From assembly GCF_021869535.1 (NCBI RefSeq), contig NW_026262690.1, positions 15,996,001 through 16,060,000 on the forward strand: DNA of 64,000 nucleotides. The letters are read 5' to 3'. The notes below the pieces were generated by a model. That model worked only from the letters and a program-made list of their open reading frames with translations, ran no database searches and was not told where the DNA came from. The stretch is from Mytilus californianus. Lineage: Eukaryota. Positions 39,606-52,904 of the stretch are shown here, piece by piece. Within the stretch, counting starts at the first letter, position 1; each line of letters opens with the position of its first letter. Position numbers and translations under genes: made by a program.

Positions 39606-40200
39606 TTGACTTTATTTAGTACGGGATATAAAATTCCACATTTGAAGGTATCAGGGGTCCTTACAATTTCCAAAATAATTTTGAATAATTCAGTTCAATA
39701 GGGTGCTATTTCAGTTTTGCAAAATTTTAGATGTTCTGCACTGGGTTCAAATTCATCAACACTTTTGTTCATGTTCAATTCATCAATAGCTTTTGTGATA
39801 TCGGAGGTAGTGAAGTAGTTTATGGGTATTGCGTGGTTCTCAAGAAGTTTGTATGCAGTTTGTTGCTATCTGAGAAATGTCCCCTCGTTTCTTCTAATTA
39901 GTCTATAGAACATAAGTGAACCTGTAGTGTTAATGATTTGGTTATGAATGGCGTTTCTATCAATATATATATAGCTTGTTCTATACGTGGACTTTGTCTG
40001 AGTTTTCTCTTTTCTTGTTTTAATTCAATGTGTGGAGAGCAACCTTATGGTTTACCTAGATCGGGCCATTTGATATAGAGGGTTTTACAAATCTTTTATA
40101 ATTCTAAAACTTCTGGCGAGGCTTTCCATTTTGGACCTTTGAGTTGAGTGACTTTGGTTAAAATACACTGTTTTGTGCAGTTTTAAGAAATTTTGATATC
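39606..40200 (-). mobile_element. 5' portion of the same LINE (pre-RT region); may continue at ~40460-40620
   Basis: Minus-strand NKSVDEFEPSAEHLKFCKTEIAPY*TELFKIILEIVRTPDTFKCGILYPVLNKV, the typical AEHLK...F..GI..PV.K motif that precedes NYRGI. Confidence 0.8.
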
Positions 40201-40458
40201 ATATAAAATTGAGAATGGAAATGGGGAATGTGTCAAAGAGACAACAACCCGACCAAAAAGCAGAAAACAGCCCAAGGCCACCAATGGGTCTTCAACACAG
40301 CGAGAAAATCCCGCACCCGGAGGCGGGCTTCAGCTGACCCCTTAACAAAAATGTGTACTAGTTCGGTGAAAATGGACGTCACACTGAACTCCGAAACATA
40401 TAAATGAACTAAAATTTAAAAAACATGCAAGATTAACAAAGACCAGAGGCTCCTGACG
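40201..40458 (-). mobile_element. 3' terminal fragment of the Sec-type Naiad subfamily (same tail as 59891-60150)
   Basis: ataaaattgagaatggaaatggggaatgtgtcaaagagacaacaacccgacc...cccgcacccggagg...ggctcctgac. Confidence 0.85.
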
Positions 40459-42489
40459 TCATGTCTATTCGCTGATTGATTTCCTTTGATGGCAGTTCGT
40501 TCTTTTGCAACTCATTTAAAAGTACCTCCTTATATTTATCTTCATCCCTTTTTTCCAAAGACGATGCATGTTTCTGTCATTATCTAAAATAGTCTTCATT
40601 GCTTATTGTAAGTATTACAACTCAATTAAAGATACAGCAATTAAGTTATAAATTGGAAGTAAACGTATTACCTGATAGGTAGGTTGCGTGCAGACAAAAC
40701 AAACGCTTATTATTTTTTGATAAAAAATTGAATGTTTGTTGTTATAATGTTTCCCTTTCTTCATTACTGTCGGTTAATATGTGGGTTAAAGGATTTATCA
40801 CGCAAAAGTAGATCATTGACATGTCGGAGAGCCTTGTATAGACTGACCAGAATTTTTGGAAATACATTCTGACATCATTTCTGACTTAGTTTATTTCAGT
40901 GAAAAATATAGCTTAGTCCTAGCAAGAACGTATCTCGTATTATATATGAATTTTTCAAGGGCTACTGAAGTTCAGATATAATAAAAGGGTAAAACTCAAA
41001 CACATTCCAAGGGCGATAAAAAGGTGGATTTAAGAAAAAGTCGAAATTCAATCACATTCCAAGGGCGACAAAAAGCTGGATATAAGATAAGGCTGAATCT
41101 CAAACATATTCCAAAAATACTTGTTGTTTTATCACCATATTATCTTGCTACTTTATCGCATCATCAGCATGTAAGTGACTAGAACTATATATAGTAATCG
41201 AGTTTATAACTGAAGAACGAATAATTTTATTGCATTTGATTGTTTGGATGTTTAAATGTAGACGGAAATGAAGATTAATTTGCATTAACTCCAAAAGGTT
41301 TCATTTATGACATAATTTTGTCAATAAATAGCTTCAAAAGGGTTATCGTCTGCTAGGTTATTCACATGAAACTGCTTGACAAGAAACCGGAAATGAAATG
41401 ATTCCGTCATCCCTAATTTGTATGAAATACTGCTGACTGCTTTTGTATAACAAAACCATTCTTCATAACACTTATAAGGTTTGTTTCTTTGAAAATAGAA
41501 ATTAAGAAGGTCTTTGGGAAGGACGGATGTTGGTATACATTCATCTAATAATACTCATGTTATATCTATCTAACATCTATCTATTATAACAATGGCCTTG
41601 GATGTTGTCCTATGGAGAAAAAACACTAGTGTGTTGAGGTGAAAATAAAACAAAATTGGATTACAGAGATGATAATAGCGTCTTTAGTAATAGGCAAGGT
41701 CGAAAAAAGAAAAACACCAAACAACTTTTAAGTAAAACTTGTATCAATGAAAAAAATATAAGGTTTACGCTAACCAGATTGCATCCTGACGACACCAAAA
41801 TGCAAAAATACTGTTTAACAGAGGTCAACAGTAGTACAGTATTTAAATCTCTAGTTCAAAATGTCCAGTAGTCCATACTAAAGAGATCGGGCAGCAGTCA
41901 CATGTATTTATATTACTCACTTGTACAAATTCGGAAATTGCTGAAAATTACCAAATATAAAGTCTCAGTGACACCGTACATTAATATTTCATTTATTTAA
42001 CATTAATCTTGTTTTAATGGTACTATGTACACATCATTCACCAATATGTATTAATTTGTATGTGGAAAGCATGAAATAGCTTCATTTCCGATAGAATATT
42101 TTACAGAAGTCAAAAGAAAAGAAATAAAAACTACAGTAAAGATTTAAGCTTTATAATCTGGGTAAATATTCCGAATACGACAGTATGTTGTCGAGAACTC
42201 ACGATGAAACTTTTATACTGCCAAAAGTGGTAACAATCGAAAGATTTGTATAAATAAGTTCTTTGGTGAAATAATTCAGGAATAATTGGCCCATTAAATT
42301 CATGTAAGCATGTTTGTATGGAACCAATTGAGAAATAAAAATGATGATATTAAATTCCTTTTCTTTCAGATTTGTTGTTCTATTCTTGGTATTACATACA
42401 CAAATATATTTGTTAGCCAAAACAAATGTATTAACTTAAAGAGGAGAAGTTAATTTCCTTTTTTGTTTAAGAATATTATTATCTTGACT

Positions 42490-43007
42490 TGCATCTAAAA
42501 ATTGACAATGAAGGTCGGTTGAAAGCAAAACTTTACGACAAAAGAGATGATTTCAGCTTCCCAATTGTGAACATTCCTATGTAGTTCCAAATGGTGAAGT
42601 TGAGACCATCCCTTCGTAAGTTTTACGAACGCCATCATAAGTTGGTTGACCGTTATGAAATATCCGTTTCGCAGATGATAGCGGATATGTTCCTAATGTC
42701 GTAACTACAATCCCGTCCCCCTTTCCCGAATGTGACCTACCGAATTAGACTTATTACCGGGTTTGTTCTAACATGAGCAACACGATGGGTGCCACATGTG
42801 GAGCAGGATCTGCTTACCCTTCCGGAGCACCTGAGATCACCCCCAGTTTTTGGTAGGGTTCGTGTTGCTCAGTCTTTAGTTTTCTATGTTGTATTTTGTG
42901 TACTATTGTTTGTCTGTTTGTCTTTTTCTTTTTTAGCCATGGCGTTGTCAGTTTATTTTCGACTTATGAGTTTGAATGTCCCTCTGGTATCTTTCGCCCC
43001 TCTTTTA
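42490..43007 (+). mobile_element. Naiad PLE subfamily 3, deleted RT C-terminus plus structured 3' UTR
   Basis: LKIDNEGRLKAKLYDKRDDFSFPIVN...FQMVKLRPSLRKFYERHHKLVDRYEISVSQMI; long stem structure at 42775-42870. Confidence 0.85.
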
Positions 43008-43839
43008 CACAGCGACATATTTCTTATTTATGTACATACCAGATATCTGCTATCTGTTTATTTGTCCCAATACTTAACTCCTCAATTGCAAGTGTAGCGG
43101 ACGACGAATTAATGACAAGTAATCGCATTATATGTACGCTCAGAATGTGTATCGTTAATTGAGATAAAATTTGAAGATTATTTCATCAAGTTAGAGGTAG
43201 AATACAAGATAATCCAACAAACTTTTACTGTTTACATTTTGAAATTATAAAAAAACTGAACGTGACAAATACGTTTGTCAATGCACTATGGACTTCAGGT
43301 TAAAGTCCTAGTAATGGCACATGCGATTGTCAAATATCAATTATATTTGTAAATAGAAGTCACTCAATAATCAATTTAAACATGATCGAATTAGCAGACA
43401 AAATTTACAGAAAAGATGTGAATGAAAGTAAATGATACGACATATATACGTCAATAATATAACAACAACAGCACGACATAAAAAACTGAAACACATCTAG
43501 TGGTCATCATACGGATTTCAACAGGTTAAACGTCCCGAGACTGGAAAAAATATGAGGTTTTTGTTACTCATTCTTATCTCGAAATTATTACTTTTTGGAA
43601 CTTAACCCTCCCCCTTTAATCTCGAATATATTCTGTTGACAGATGTTAGATTTGCTGATACAAGAAAAAGAAACATTTGCTAGTAAATAGGGTGATTTGA
43701 ATTGAATGGTTTTGAACTGAATGATACATGTTCTGTTGGTCAATACTTCATATAAATGCAAATTAATGGACTAAGATGGAACATTTATATCATTACTATT
43801 AGAATTTATAAATAAACCTAAATAAATGGTCAAATAAAC

Positions 43840-44165
43840 ATTAGTTCTTATGTTGTGCTGTTACATTACTGTTCCAGATTATGGGACGGTTGATCGCACA
43901 AACATGTGTAACTCCGCCTTATTCTGTATGTGCCTATTCCATAGTTCAATGATTGCCGTTGGTAGCTGTGTGTAAAATTTGATGTTCGTTTATGTACGAT
44001 TATAATGTTGGTTTTCTTGTTTTGAGTATTTTACATGGCGGGACCTTTGATAGCTTACTATAGTGCTAATATGCCGCACTGTGACCTATAGTTGCTAAAA
44101 TCATCATCATGTTAACTCTGGTGGATAGTTGTCTCATTGGCAATCATACCACGTCTTCTTAATAT
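43840..44165 (+). mobile_element. Naiad subfamily 2 degenerate 3' end
   Basis: aactccgccttattctgtatgtgcc...gtgacctatagttg...ggtggatagttgtctcattggcaatcataccacgtcttctt. Confidence 0.7.
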
Positions 44166-44439
44166 GTTTATATTGATATATGTTTTGTACTTACACTGGT
44201 ATCTATTTATTTTCCCATGAAAACAGAATCAGGGGAAACAATGTAAGAAGTTCCCATGGGAATAAGAGATATGACAGGTGAACATTTAACTTGTTAAAGA
44301 ACACACACACAAGTACATGGGGTGATTCATTTCGTGTAGTAGAACAATAAAATAATGGCTGTTTGAAAATAGTTGCGTGAAAAATCAAATTAAACTAATA
44401 AATTATTAAATTTTGAAATAAAGATGGACAGGAAATTCA

Positions 44440-44712
44440 TTCATCATCTTTCAAAGGATGCTAATATACCATATCTTATAGTGGGATTAATTCAAACCCG
44501 ATAGCCTTCCGTCGGATGTTGATTTGTTGGGTTCGTTCCGCAATCAAATGATTTAATTGAATTAGTTGATTGATGTAAGGATTCAGACTTATGAAATAAT
44601 TATTTCCTTTCTCTGATAAATGTTTGACAATAATCAAATTATGCTTGCGCTACACAGTTAGTCACGAGTTAGAACTAAATATTGGACTAATTGTATCACA
44701 ATATGAAGGAAA
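44440..44712 (+). repeat. Diverged ~280-bp dispersed repeat, copy 1 (copy 2 at 56400-56680)
   Basis: Shared collinear blocks aaggatgctaa, ccttccgtcggatg, gattgatgta.ggattcag, aataatcaaatta.gcttgcgc.acacagttagtcacg, ggactaattgtatca.aatatgaag. Confidence 0.8.
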
Positions 44713-46089
44713 GGAGATGTGGGGGTAGTCAATGAGACATCAACCTCAAAAACAATAAAACCAACAATTAAATAAAAAGGTCAACATAAGCCTGGTATAT
44801 TTGATGATTTTATACAATATAAATCAAAGCACTTTGAGCTTCATGACAGGTTTTGAAACAGTATGAAAGTAGTTATGATGGGCTTCAAATTATGATTATA
44901 ATAGTTTAATAGACTTGTAATTTCATTCGTTTAAAGGAACATTAGTCGTCAAATTCATGTCCACCGATTTGACTCAAATTCTCATATTTATAACATACTA
45001 AAAAGTATATCAAAATTAAAAAAAGTCTAAAATAAACAATAAACAATGCATGGACTCGATAATATATATCAGCATTTCGTGTGTGTATTAGTCTAGACGC
45101 CATCTAATTAAAACCATCGAGATGACCTCTGAAGACTGCCGAGTCATATAACCCGATATAAACATAAGTATGAATATAAATAGATAGCGACCACGTGCAA
45201 TTGGATTTTTCTAGGTTTGTTTGATTTCATGTTAAAGGTTAAAACATATATGTTAATCATCGTTTTTACCTGTATAAGAATGATTTTTGTGGATCGAATC
45301 AGCCAAGGAAATGGTTCACCCTTGTTTCACCTTCAATGTTAACATTAATCTTTTCCTTTTAATAGCTGAACACGCCTAGTATATGCGTAACCCATCTCCA
45401 GCTAAGGGGTTAAATTAAAGTTCACATGAATACGGATTAACATGAGGTCAACTTATTCACTTGCAAGTCAATAATACATCAGTGATGTTTTTGGGCTTAT
45501 TTTGACAAATTTGGGACAAACTAACTGCTTATAACAAAATGTATATTATTTCAAAATTCCGCTTTGATTAAAACTTGAAACAAAAAGAATCGTATTTTAA
45601 TTTTTGTCAAAATCGTAGATAAAGCAGTGCATTAGAATGAATTATTTCGTAACATTCCATAAAGGTTATCAAAGTTATAAGTGTTTAAAAATATTTAACC
45701 CCATAATGTGTGTAAACGTTAACGTTAAATCAAAAACGTATTCCATCTACCAGTAAAACACTGAAGTATAAAACATTATTATATATTTTTGTAAATAATA
45801 ATTGTTAAAATTTTTAAAAAGGGACATGCTAAAAGACATAATTAATTGTCAGTTTGGTCATGATAATGCCGAGTTCGAATTTGAACCTCTCTGTCACATG
45901 AAATGCACATGTTGTACTGTACTTTATGAATGAATTTGATAATTTCATAATCAACCCCCATATATATCATATTTAAAAAATCACACGCGAAATCAAAGGA
46001 ACCAAGATGTGATAATACATTTGTTTTTTATTACAATCCGTACGTTCACTGTTTTACTTTAATTCTAAGCCCGTAAATTTAGATACAAT

Positions 46090-46850
46090 CAATGCAAACT
46101 CTTTGGTCCTTTGAATAAACTTATTGTTAAATGATATCAATTTAACACAGTTGTAAAATCTTTGAATATTGTTTTTATCGGTACAAATGTACTAAGTTTA
46201 ATAATATTGATTTCGTTTTTGATAAAATGAAAACCTTATGTTTTTGTAATTCACAAGGTCATGCTTTTCGCAGACAGTTTATGACGTCTTTACACCATAT
46301 CTGGTGTATGTGCACTGATTGATACTTTAGTCAGGAAGAAAAGGATTTATTTATGTGTTGTCATTGGCTTTGAACTAGCTTTCAGTAACTGTGAGAAGAT
46401 CGGCACTCTGTGTGTTTTGTCTTTATGTCGTTGTTTTTGTCCTTCATGCCGATCTGATGAGTCAAATCTTTTCCAACTGATGTTTACAGCTTGTTCTGAT
46501 GTTATGCTACTACAACCAGTGTCCCAAATTAAGGGAGCGTTGAGACGTCACAAGCATATATAACTCCGCCACATTCCATATGTGCCTGTCTCAAGTCAGG
46601 GGCGTGATGGTTGTCGTTAGTTGCTGTCGGTCATATGTTTGTCGTTTATTGTTTCGTCATTAATCAGGCAGTTGGTTTTATCGTTTGAATATTGTTAAAC
46701 ATTTTGTCATGTCGGAACCTTTTATAGCTATATATGAGTTTTCCTCATTGTTGAAGACCATACGGTGACCTGGTTGCTTAAGTCCGCTTCTGGTGGATTC
46801 TGGTGGATAGTAACTGTTGTCTCATTTGCAATCATAGTTACCTTTATATT
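46090..46850 (+). mobile_element. Naiad subfamily 2, degenerate RT end plus 3' UTR with decayed SECIS-like hairpin (46273-46332)
   Basis: KLFGPLNKLIVK*YQFNTVVKSLNIVFIGTN; atgacgtctttacacc...gtgcactgattgat; ctgatgagtc; tgcctgtctcaagtcagg. Confidence 0.75.
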
Positions 46851-47744
46851 ATTAGTTTACTTTACAAAGTTTTTACTTTCAAATTCAAATCACCAATTAT
46901 GAAAGCTAGTTACTAAAACAATCATGGAGATCAAACTCGTAATAATTATACATGTAATTCATCATATCAATAACGAGGGCGGACGGACTCTGTTAGCTAG
47001 TGAACCCTGGCGAACGGAACCGCTGTTCAATTCTTTATTCATCTATATTCCGACGTTTAAATTCCATACATATAACATTTAACTACTTTACAACAATAAG
47101 ATTTTACTTTTTAATTACTGTAACACGTAACTGTATTAGCAAGCGCCGTTTTTATACAGACAAAGATCAGCAGCCGGTTGTACGAACGTTGCATTAGCCT
47201 AATGGGTCATTAAGTCGTCAATTTAAAGAATGATTAGGTTAATACTTTTTTTGTTTAAGTTTCATTTTGATTAGTAAACAAGTCTGCCATTACTAAAAAA
47301 AAACAAAAAATTCGCACAGAAAAAAAAATCGTTTTCTTGAAACCCATCTAATTAGACAAAAATGAAAAAAAAAAACACTATTTCTTTCCATGGTTCCAGA
47401 GCTGTATTTAATTGACCCCGATCATGCAGTAATGCCATTGAGAAAATACAGTTTTGTGACAATGGAAATGATACATTTTTTTGAGAGAATTGATTAGCCT
47501 ATTGAAACAAAACTTCATACAAGAACGGTTCCGTGTAAGTACAATGGTAATTTTTGTTTTTATATTAAAGTATATGAAAGATAAAATAATATCTTTTCCA
47601 AGAAATACTACATTAGTTGAAAGTTAAAGACACACGGTAAAAATTAGGCTAAATACCACCATTAGGAACATATGGCAAACTTACGTAACTGAGAAAGTAT
47701 GGCTAAATACTAGCATTAGGAAATGTTACAAAACTATATAACTT

Positions 47745-48430
47745 GTATGAAAGTAAGGAGATGTGGTATTGCCAACGAGACAACCGTCCACTTTAGTTCA
47801 AATGAAGTGGATATAAGCAATTATAGGCCAATATACGACCTTCAACTAGGAGAAAATCCCGCACCACATAGCCGGCTATAAAAAGCCCCCCCCCCCCCCC
47901 CCCCCCCCCCCAACATGATAAATGTTAAACAATTCAAACGAGAAAACTAACGACCGCATTTATAACAAATTAATTTATGAAAAATAAATATGACAGACAA
48001 GAACATCGATAACAACTGAATTATAGGTTCCTAACTTGGGACAGGCACATAACTAATGTGGTGGGGGTTAAACTTGTCTGTGAGCGCTCATATTTACCAT
48101 TTACTGAGACAGTGATGTAACAGTACACTATAAGAACCAACTGCAAAATTCAGTTGGCATTAGCAGAACTCAAAAGATCGGTTCCAGACACAAAAGCAAC
48201 AAATATAAAGTCAATAGACACAAAGCACTGATATAAGAGTACTCGCAGTAACTAAAAGCTAGTTTAAAGCTAGTCCAAAGGCAAAAACAACTAATGAATA
48301 AATCATGTTCTCCCAGACTAACGTATCAATCAGTACCCATCTACTGGATTGCATAAACTTGTGCAGTGCCAAAATATAAGTAAGCAGTATCGACAGGATG
48401 TACGATCCTAACTGTACATATATATAGCAA
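47745..48430 (-). mobile_element. Naiad subfamily 2 degenerate 3' end with a C26 tract, inserted into the 54-bp array
   Basis: ggagatgtggtattgccaacgagacaac...ataaaag(c)26...aacttgggacaggcac...gagtactcgcagtaact. Degenerate 54-bp units occur on both sides (~47640-47740 and 48570-49262). Confidence 0.75.
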
Positions 48431-48569
48431 CATATATTTAGTTATGTTTTAATTTTTTTTAAACAAAATCAATCTTAGTACTGGAAATTAAAAAAAAACA
48501 ACAACAAATTCAATGTTATACCAATAAAGACAACAATTAAAGATTTTACATAAATTACGTTCATTGAAA

Positions 48570-49262
48570 TACAACCATTATGAAAGTATGGCAAAACTAC
48601 ATCACTCAGAAAGTTTCACTAAATACAACCATTAGAAAAGAATGACAACATAATATCACTAACAAAGTTTGACTAGATAAAACCATAAGGAAAAATATTT
48701 CAAATTACATCACTGAGAAGGTATGCCTAAATACACCCATTAGGAAAGTATGGCAAAACTACATCACTAAGAAAGTTTGACTAGATAAAACCATAAGGAA
48801 AAATATTTCAAATTACATCACTGAGAAGGTATGCCTAAATACACCCATTAGGAAAGTTTGGCAAAATTACATCACTAAGAAAGTTTGACTAAATACAATC
48901 ATTAGGGAAGTCTGGCAAAACTACATCACTAAGAAATTTTGATTGAATACAATCATTAAGAAAGTATGGCAAAACTACACAACTAATAAAGTTTGACTTA
49001 ATACAATCATTTGGGAAGTATGGCAAAACTACATCACTAAGAAAGTTTGACTAAATACAATCATTAAGGAAGTTGGGCAAAATTACATCGCTAAGAAAGT
49101 TTGACTAAATACAATCATTAAGAAAGTATGGCAAAACTACACAACTAAGAAAGTTTGACTAAATACAATCATTAGGGAAGTCTGGCAAAACTATATCACT
49201 AAAAAAGTTTGACTAAATACAATCATTAGGAAAGTATGGCAAAACAACATCACTAAAAAAAT
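48570..49262. repeat. 54-bp minisatellite built from two diverged 27-bp halves, ~13 units
   Basis: aaatacaatcattaggaaagtatggca + aaactacatcactaagaaagtttgact; period 54 (48891, 48945, 48999 ...). Confidence 0.93.
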
Positions 49263-49858
49263 TTTGCTCTAATACTAGCAAAATTTGGTTAAACGTTTAA
49301 TGATTTATTGCAAGTTCCGGACTACGATTAGATCATACTTTGACATTGATGTCAGCCAATATTGAAATTGCCCGAATACAGTTTTACATGGCAGTCTATC
49401 AGCAAAATATTAAGAAATCATTTACTATATATAGAAATATTGAAATAATTAAAACCAGACAGAACTTTGTAGTTATGGTAATTTAAGTTGGTGTCATTCG
49501 GTCATCTTGCATGTCTGTCAGCAGGCATTACATTTACATTCACAGTAGTGCCTATTATAATATTTTTAAGAGTTTATAGAAACCAGACTGTTGGGAAGGT
49601 TAGTTTTGATACTTTGACAGAGTGTTATTATTTTGATATCTACAAATTAACAAGTATGTCCAGTTGAAGCGACCTGAGTTTTACATTGAGTCAAGAATCA
49701 CGTCTTAAAATTAAGAAACTTTTCATCATATGATACACGATGTGGTTTTACAGGTCTTGAAAATGAGGACATTTTTAACAAACAAGATATATTTGTCAAA
49801 TGGTTAATATATATGAATGTATGCCTTTACTCCGTAGATGCATTGGCATTTACAATTA

Positions 49859-50019
49859 AGAAATAATTCATGGGGGCTCGAATTTATCGTGATTTTACCA
49901 CTGGCTGGCCCTTCATGCTTAATATTTTAGTACGAGCGACAGTGAGGGGTAAATTATCAGCATAAAAGGCCAACCCGTGGTAAAATCAATATAAGTTCAA
50001 GCCCCCTTGAATTATTTCT
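49859..50019. mobile_element. 160-bp imperfect palindrome (MITE or HINE terminus)
   Basis: agaaataattcatgggggctcgaatt...gattttaccac ... gtggtaaaatc...aagttcaagcccccttgaattatttct. Confidence 0.7.
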
Positions 50020-50814
50020 ATTTTAATTGGACAAAGACAGCAATTGTTTTGGATCGAAGCGCTCTATGTGAAGGGAAATGTTTGCTGTTCCCGAAATTGA
50101 ACACACTATTAATATTGACGTAAACGACGAAGGAAATTGAATAAGTAACATTCTTAAACGATATACAATAACATACTAAGACAGATCTGGATGAAATTGA
50201 TTGACTATCTTACTTTCATTTAAGAAGATATGGACATTATACAAATTTTTATCGTTTGTTTGTGTTTTCATGTTTTGACGACTTTCAGTTTCCCTTTCGT
50301 GCATTTTCCTGTAAAATCCTTATATTCTTACGCCATCGTTCAATGACGTCATTTACACCATCTGACGTGAGGTAAACCATTAATGAAAAGCATACGACGT
50401 GGGAGTAAGATTGGAAAAGCCCATACAAATCATGACGTTGACTATCAGCTGACATATGAATATATTCGAATTTTATCGTACTCAAAGCGTTTGAAGAACA
50501 TCATATTAGAATTTTTATTTAACCATGAACTACAATAAATAAACAACGATATCAGGGAAAATAATAAAAATTGCTGAATCATAATAGGAAAACCACAAAA
50601 TCTATTTATAATCTTTGCTTTAAAATCAAATGCTAGTAGTCTTGACATTACATACGCTTTTTTGTTCGACGTAAACGATATCTAACACATGCACATCATT
50701 CAGAACTAGTTAGAGCATTTTTAATACAGGATTATCACTAAACAGCTAAAGAATAAATTATTCTGTTGATATTGAAAAAAAGGATTATGTCGATTTGAAA
50801 TCATCAGTAAGAAA

Positions 50815-51928
50815 ATGAAAAGTTCGCGTACTACTGTGTCCGATTGGAACGATTATTTTGCCATTATACTGATTCCTAATTCTATTTTCCTAGTGTTGTA
50901 TTTATCTCTTGGCATTACCGGAAATAGCTTGGTTATTGCAGTTTACAGATTGAGAATGAAACAACAATCCGAAGACAGGTACTTTATTCCAGTGTTGGCG
51001 GTATGTGCCTTATCAGCTTGTATAGTGTGTGTGTCCATGGCAATTGCATTGAACATGATGTAAATGTCTTTGGTATTGTGCAGCGTCTACCACATTTATG
51101 TCCATATTATAGCGATACATAGATATCTTAAAAGTTGTCGTCCTTTCGGAAAACAGATGTCAACTTTTACCAAAAGGACTGCACTGTTGTTTGCGTTTTG
51201 TTTTTCTTTCCTATACTATATTAGGTGCACCTAGTGCATTTCTTTATGGATCTGTAGAATTTTCCAATCCCGATATGAATCTTACAGGACGACGATGTTG
51301 CAAGCTCAAAGATGTCAGTAAGATTGCATCGCTCGATTATAGTGCAGTACATGTAATTGCAGTAGTTTTGTTAAGCACTGCCAGTATTCTTATTGTACTG
51401 TATGGAAAAATTGGACGTACAATTTTTACACACTTTAAACACAGAAACATAGAAATAAAAGCAATGAATCATTTGACAAGCACAAGTAATTCGCGCTCAC
51501 AAAAAATTGCAGCGACTCCATCAACAAATCAAGAAAGTTTTAAACAAGAACAGTCCTCTGATCCCCACAAAAATCTTGTTATTGAAAATAATGACTACAG
51601 TGGCACAGACTCAAGAAATAAGGATACGAAAACACTAAAGCTTTTTAGCTCAGAGGAACTTAATAGAAGTATTATGTACAAGTTCACACTAATGTTTATG
51701 GCAATAACTATAATATTTCTTATTAGCTTTATTCCCAAAATATTTTTTATGGTTATGGAAGGAAGGGATTCTGAGTTTTGGGAAAAGCTCTCCAGTAGTG
51801 AGAGAGCTGGTTTACGTTTTCTGTATCGATTGTACATTCTCAATAATGTCGTTAATCCTTTTATTTACGCTTTTATGGATATGAAGTTTCGGAAAGAGGC
51901 AAAGAAATTAATAAAATGTATATTATAG
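50815..51928 (+). pseudogene. Single-exon class A (rhodopsin-like) peptide-receptor-type GPCR, disrupted
   Basis: TM1 GITGNSLVIAVY; TM3 remnant KCLWYCAASTTFMSI; IAIHRYLKSCRPFGKQM (DRY variant); TM7 NNVVNPFIYAFMD (NPxxY). TAA at 51061-51063 plus frameshifts near 51060-51110 and ~51200. Confidence 0.85.
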
Positions 51929-52529
51929 AAATTTCAGATTAAACACTGAATGATGTAATACAATTATTAATATCGAAATACATTTCGTATGTATATCTGA
52001 GTTAATAGTGTCAGAAGATAATGTTTGAGACAATCTTATATAAAAGTGCCAAAGATGATAATAAATTAAAAAAAAAGTGAAAGGAAACACAAAGTTATGA
52101 ATCATAAAATATCAGATCAAGGCAATAAAAATCACTAAACCTAAAATACAAACGCCACAAAAACCAAATGCCTGTTAATCATATAAGATCATGGCGACCA
52201 AAAAACAGAAATCAGACAAATACAATGTTGAAAGCAGTCACAATAAACAATGCAAGATAAAAACATTTATATAGATATCGGAGTAGCACAAGCACCAAAG
52301 TAACCAAAAAGAACTTGTCCTACTGTTGAAGAAAACTGCATTAGTTTAACCAACTCAGAAGAAGAATGAAAAAAGCGAGCATTCCCATTATGCTATATAT
52401 AAATGACGCATTTTCAAAGAACACAGTTTGGTGACTTGGATAATCACACGTATCAAATTGAAGTTGAAATAAAGGTCAAACTTTTAGAGCTCGTAAATTA
52501 TGACACGACCAATATAAACGTATTATATA

Positions 52530-52830
52530 ATGAAAAGATGTGGTGTGGTTGCCAATGAGACAACCATAAAAAAGATTTCAAACTACGTACGTGGATTAAA
52601 GCAATTATAGGTCACCATACAGCCTTCTACAGTGCGCAAAATACAATCCCATATAGGCAGCTATAAAATGCCCCGATATGACAAAATGTAAAACCATTCA
52701 AACAAACAAAAAACTGATTTATGACAACAATATACGATTATAACAGTCAGCAACGAAAAACAATCATTGAATTACAAGCTGCAGACTTGGGACATTCACA
52801 TACAGAATTTGGCGAGGTTAAACATGTTTG
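52530..52830 (-). mobile_element. Naiad subfamily 2 degenerate 3' end
   Basis: aagatgtggtgtggttgccaatgagacaacc...ttataggtcacc...gacttgggacattcacatacagaatttggcgaggttaaac. Confidence 0.7.
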
Positions 52831-52904
52831 TTAGCGCACAACCCTTCCCATACCTGTGTATGGAAAAATGTTCCTTTGTAAAACCCGTATTTAAAAGTTA
52901 TCAA

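Noticed and set aside
46140-46142. TGA in a subfamily 2 RT remnant (K*YQ) as another Sec codon
   Set aside because: It aligns to Gly (KGYQ) in the other copies, so it is a simple GGA-to-TGA decay mutation.
46453-46480. CTGATGAG resembling a hammerhead ribozyme core (variants at ~3743, 25448, 27130)
   Set aside because: No downstream GAAA or stem II/III arrangement is found, so it is not a canonical hammerhead.
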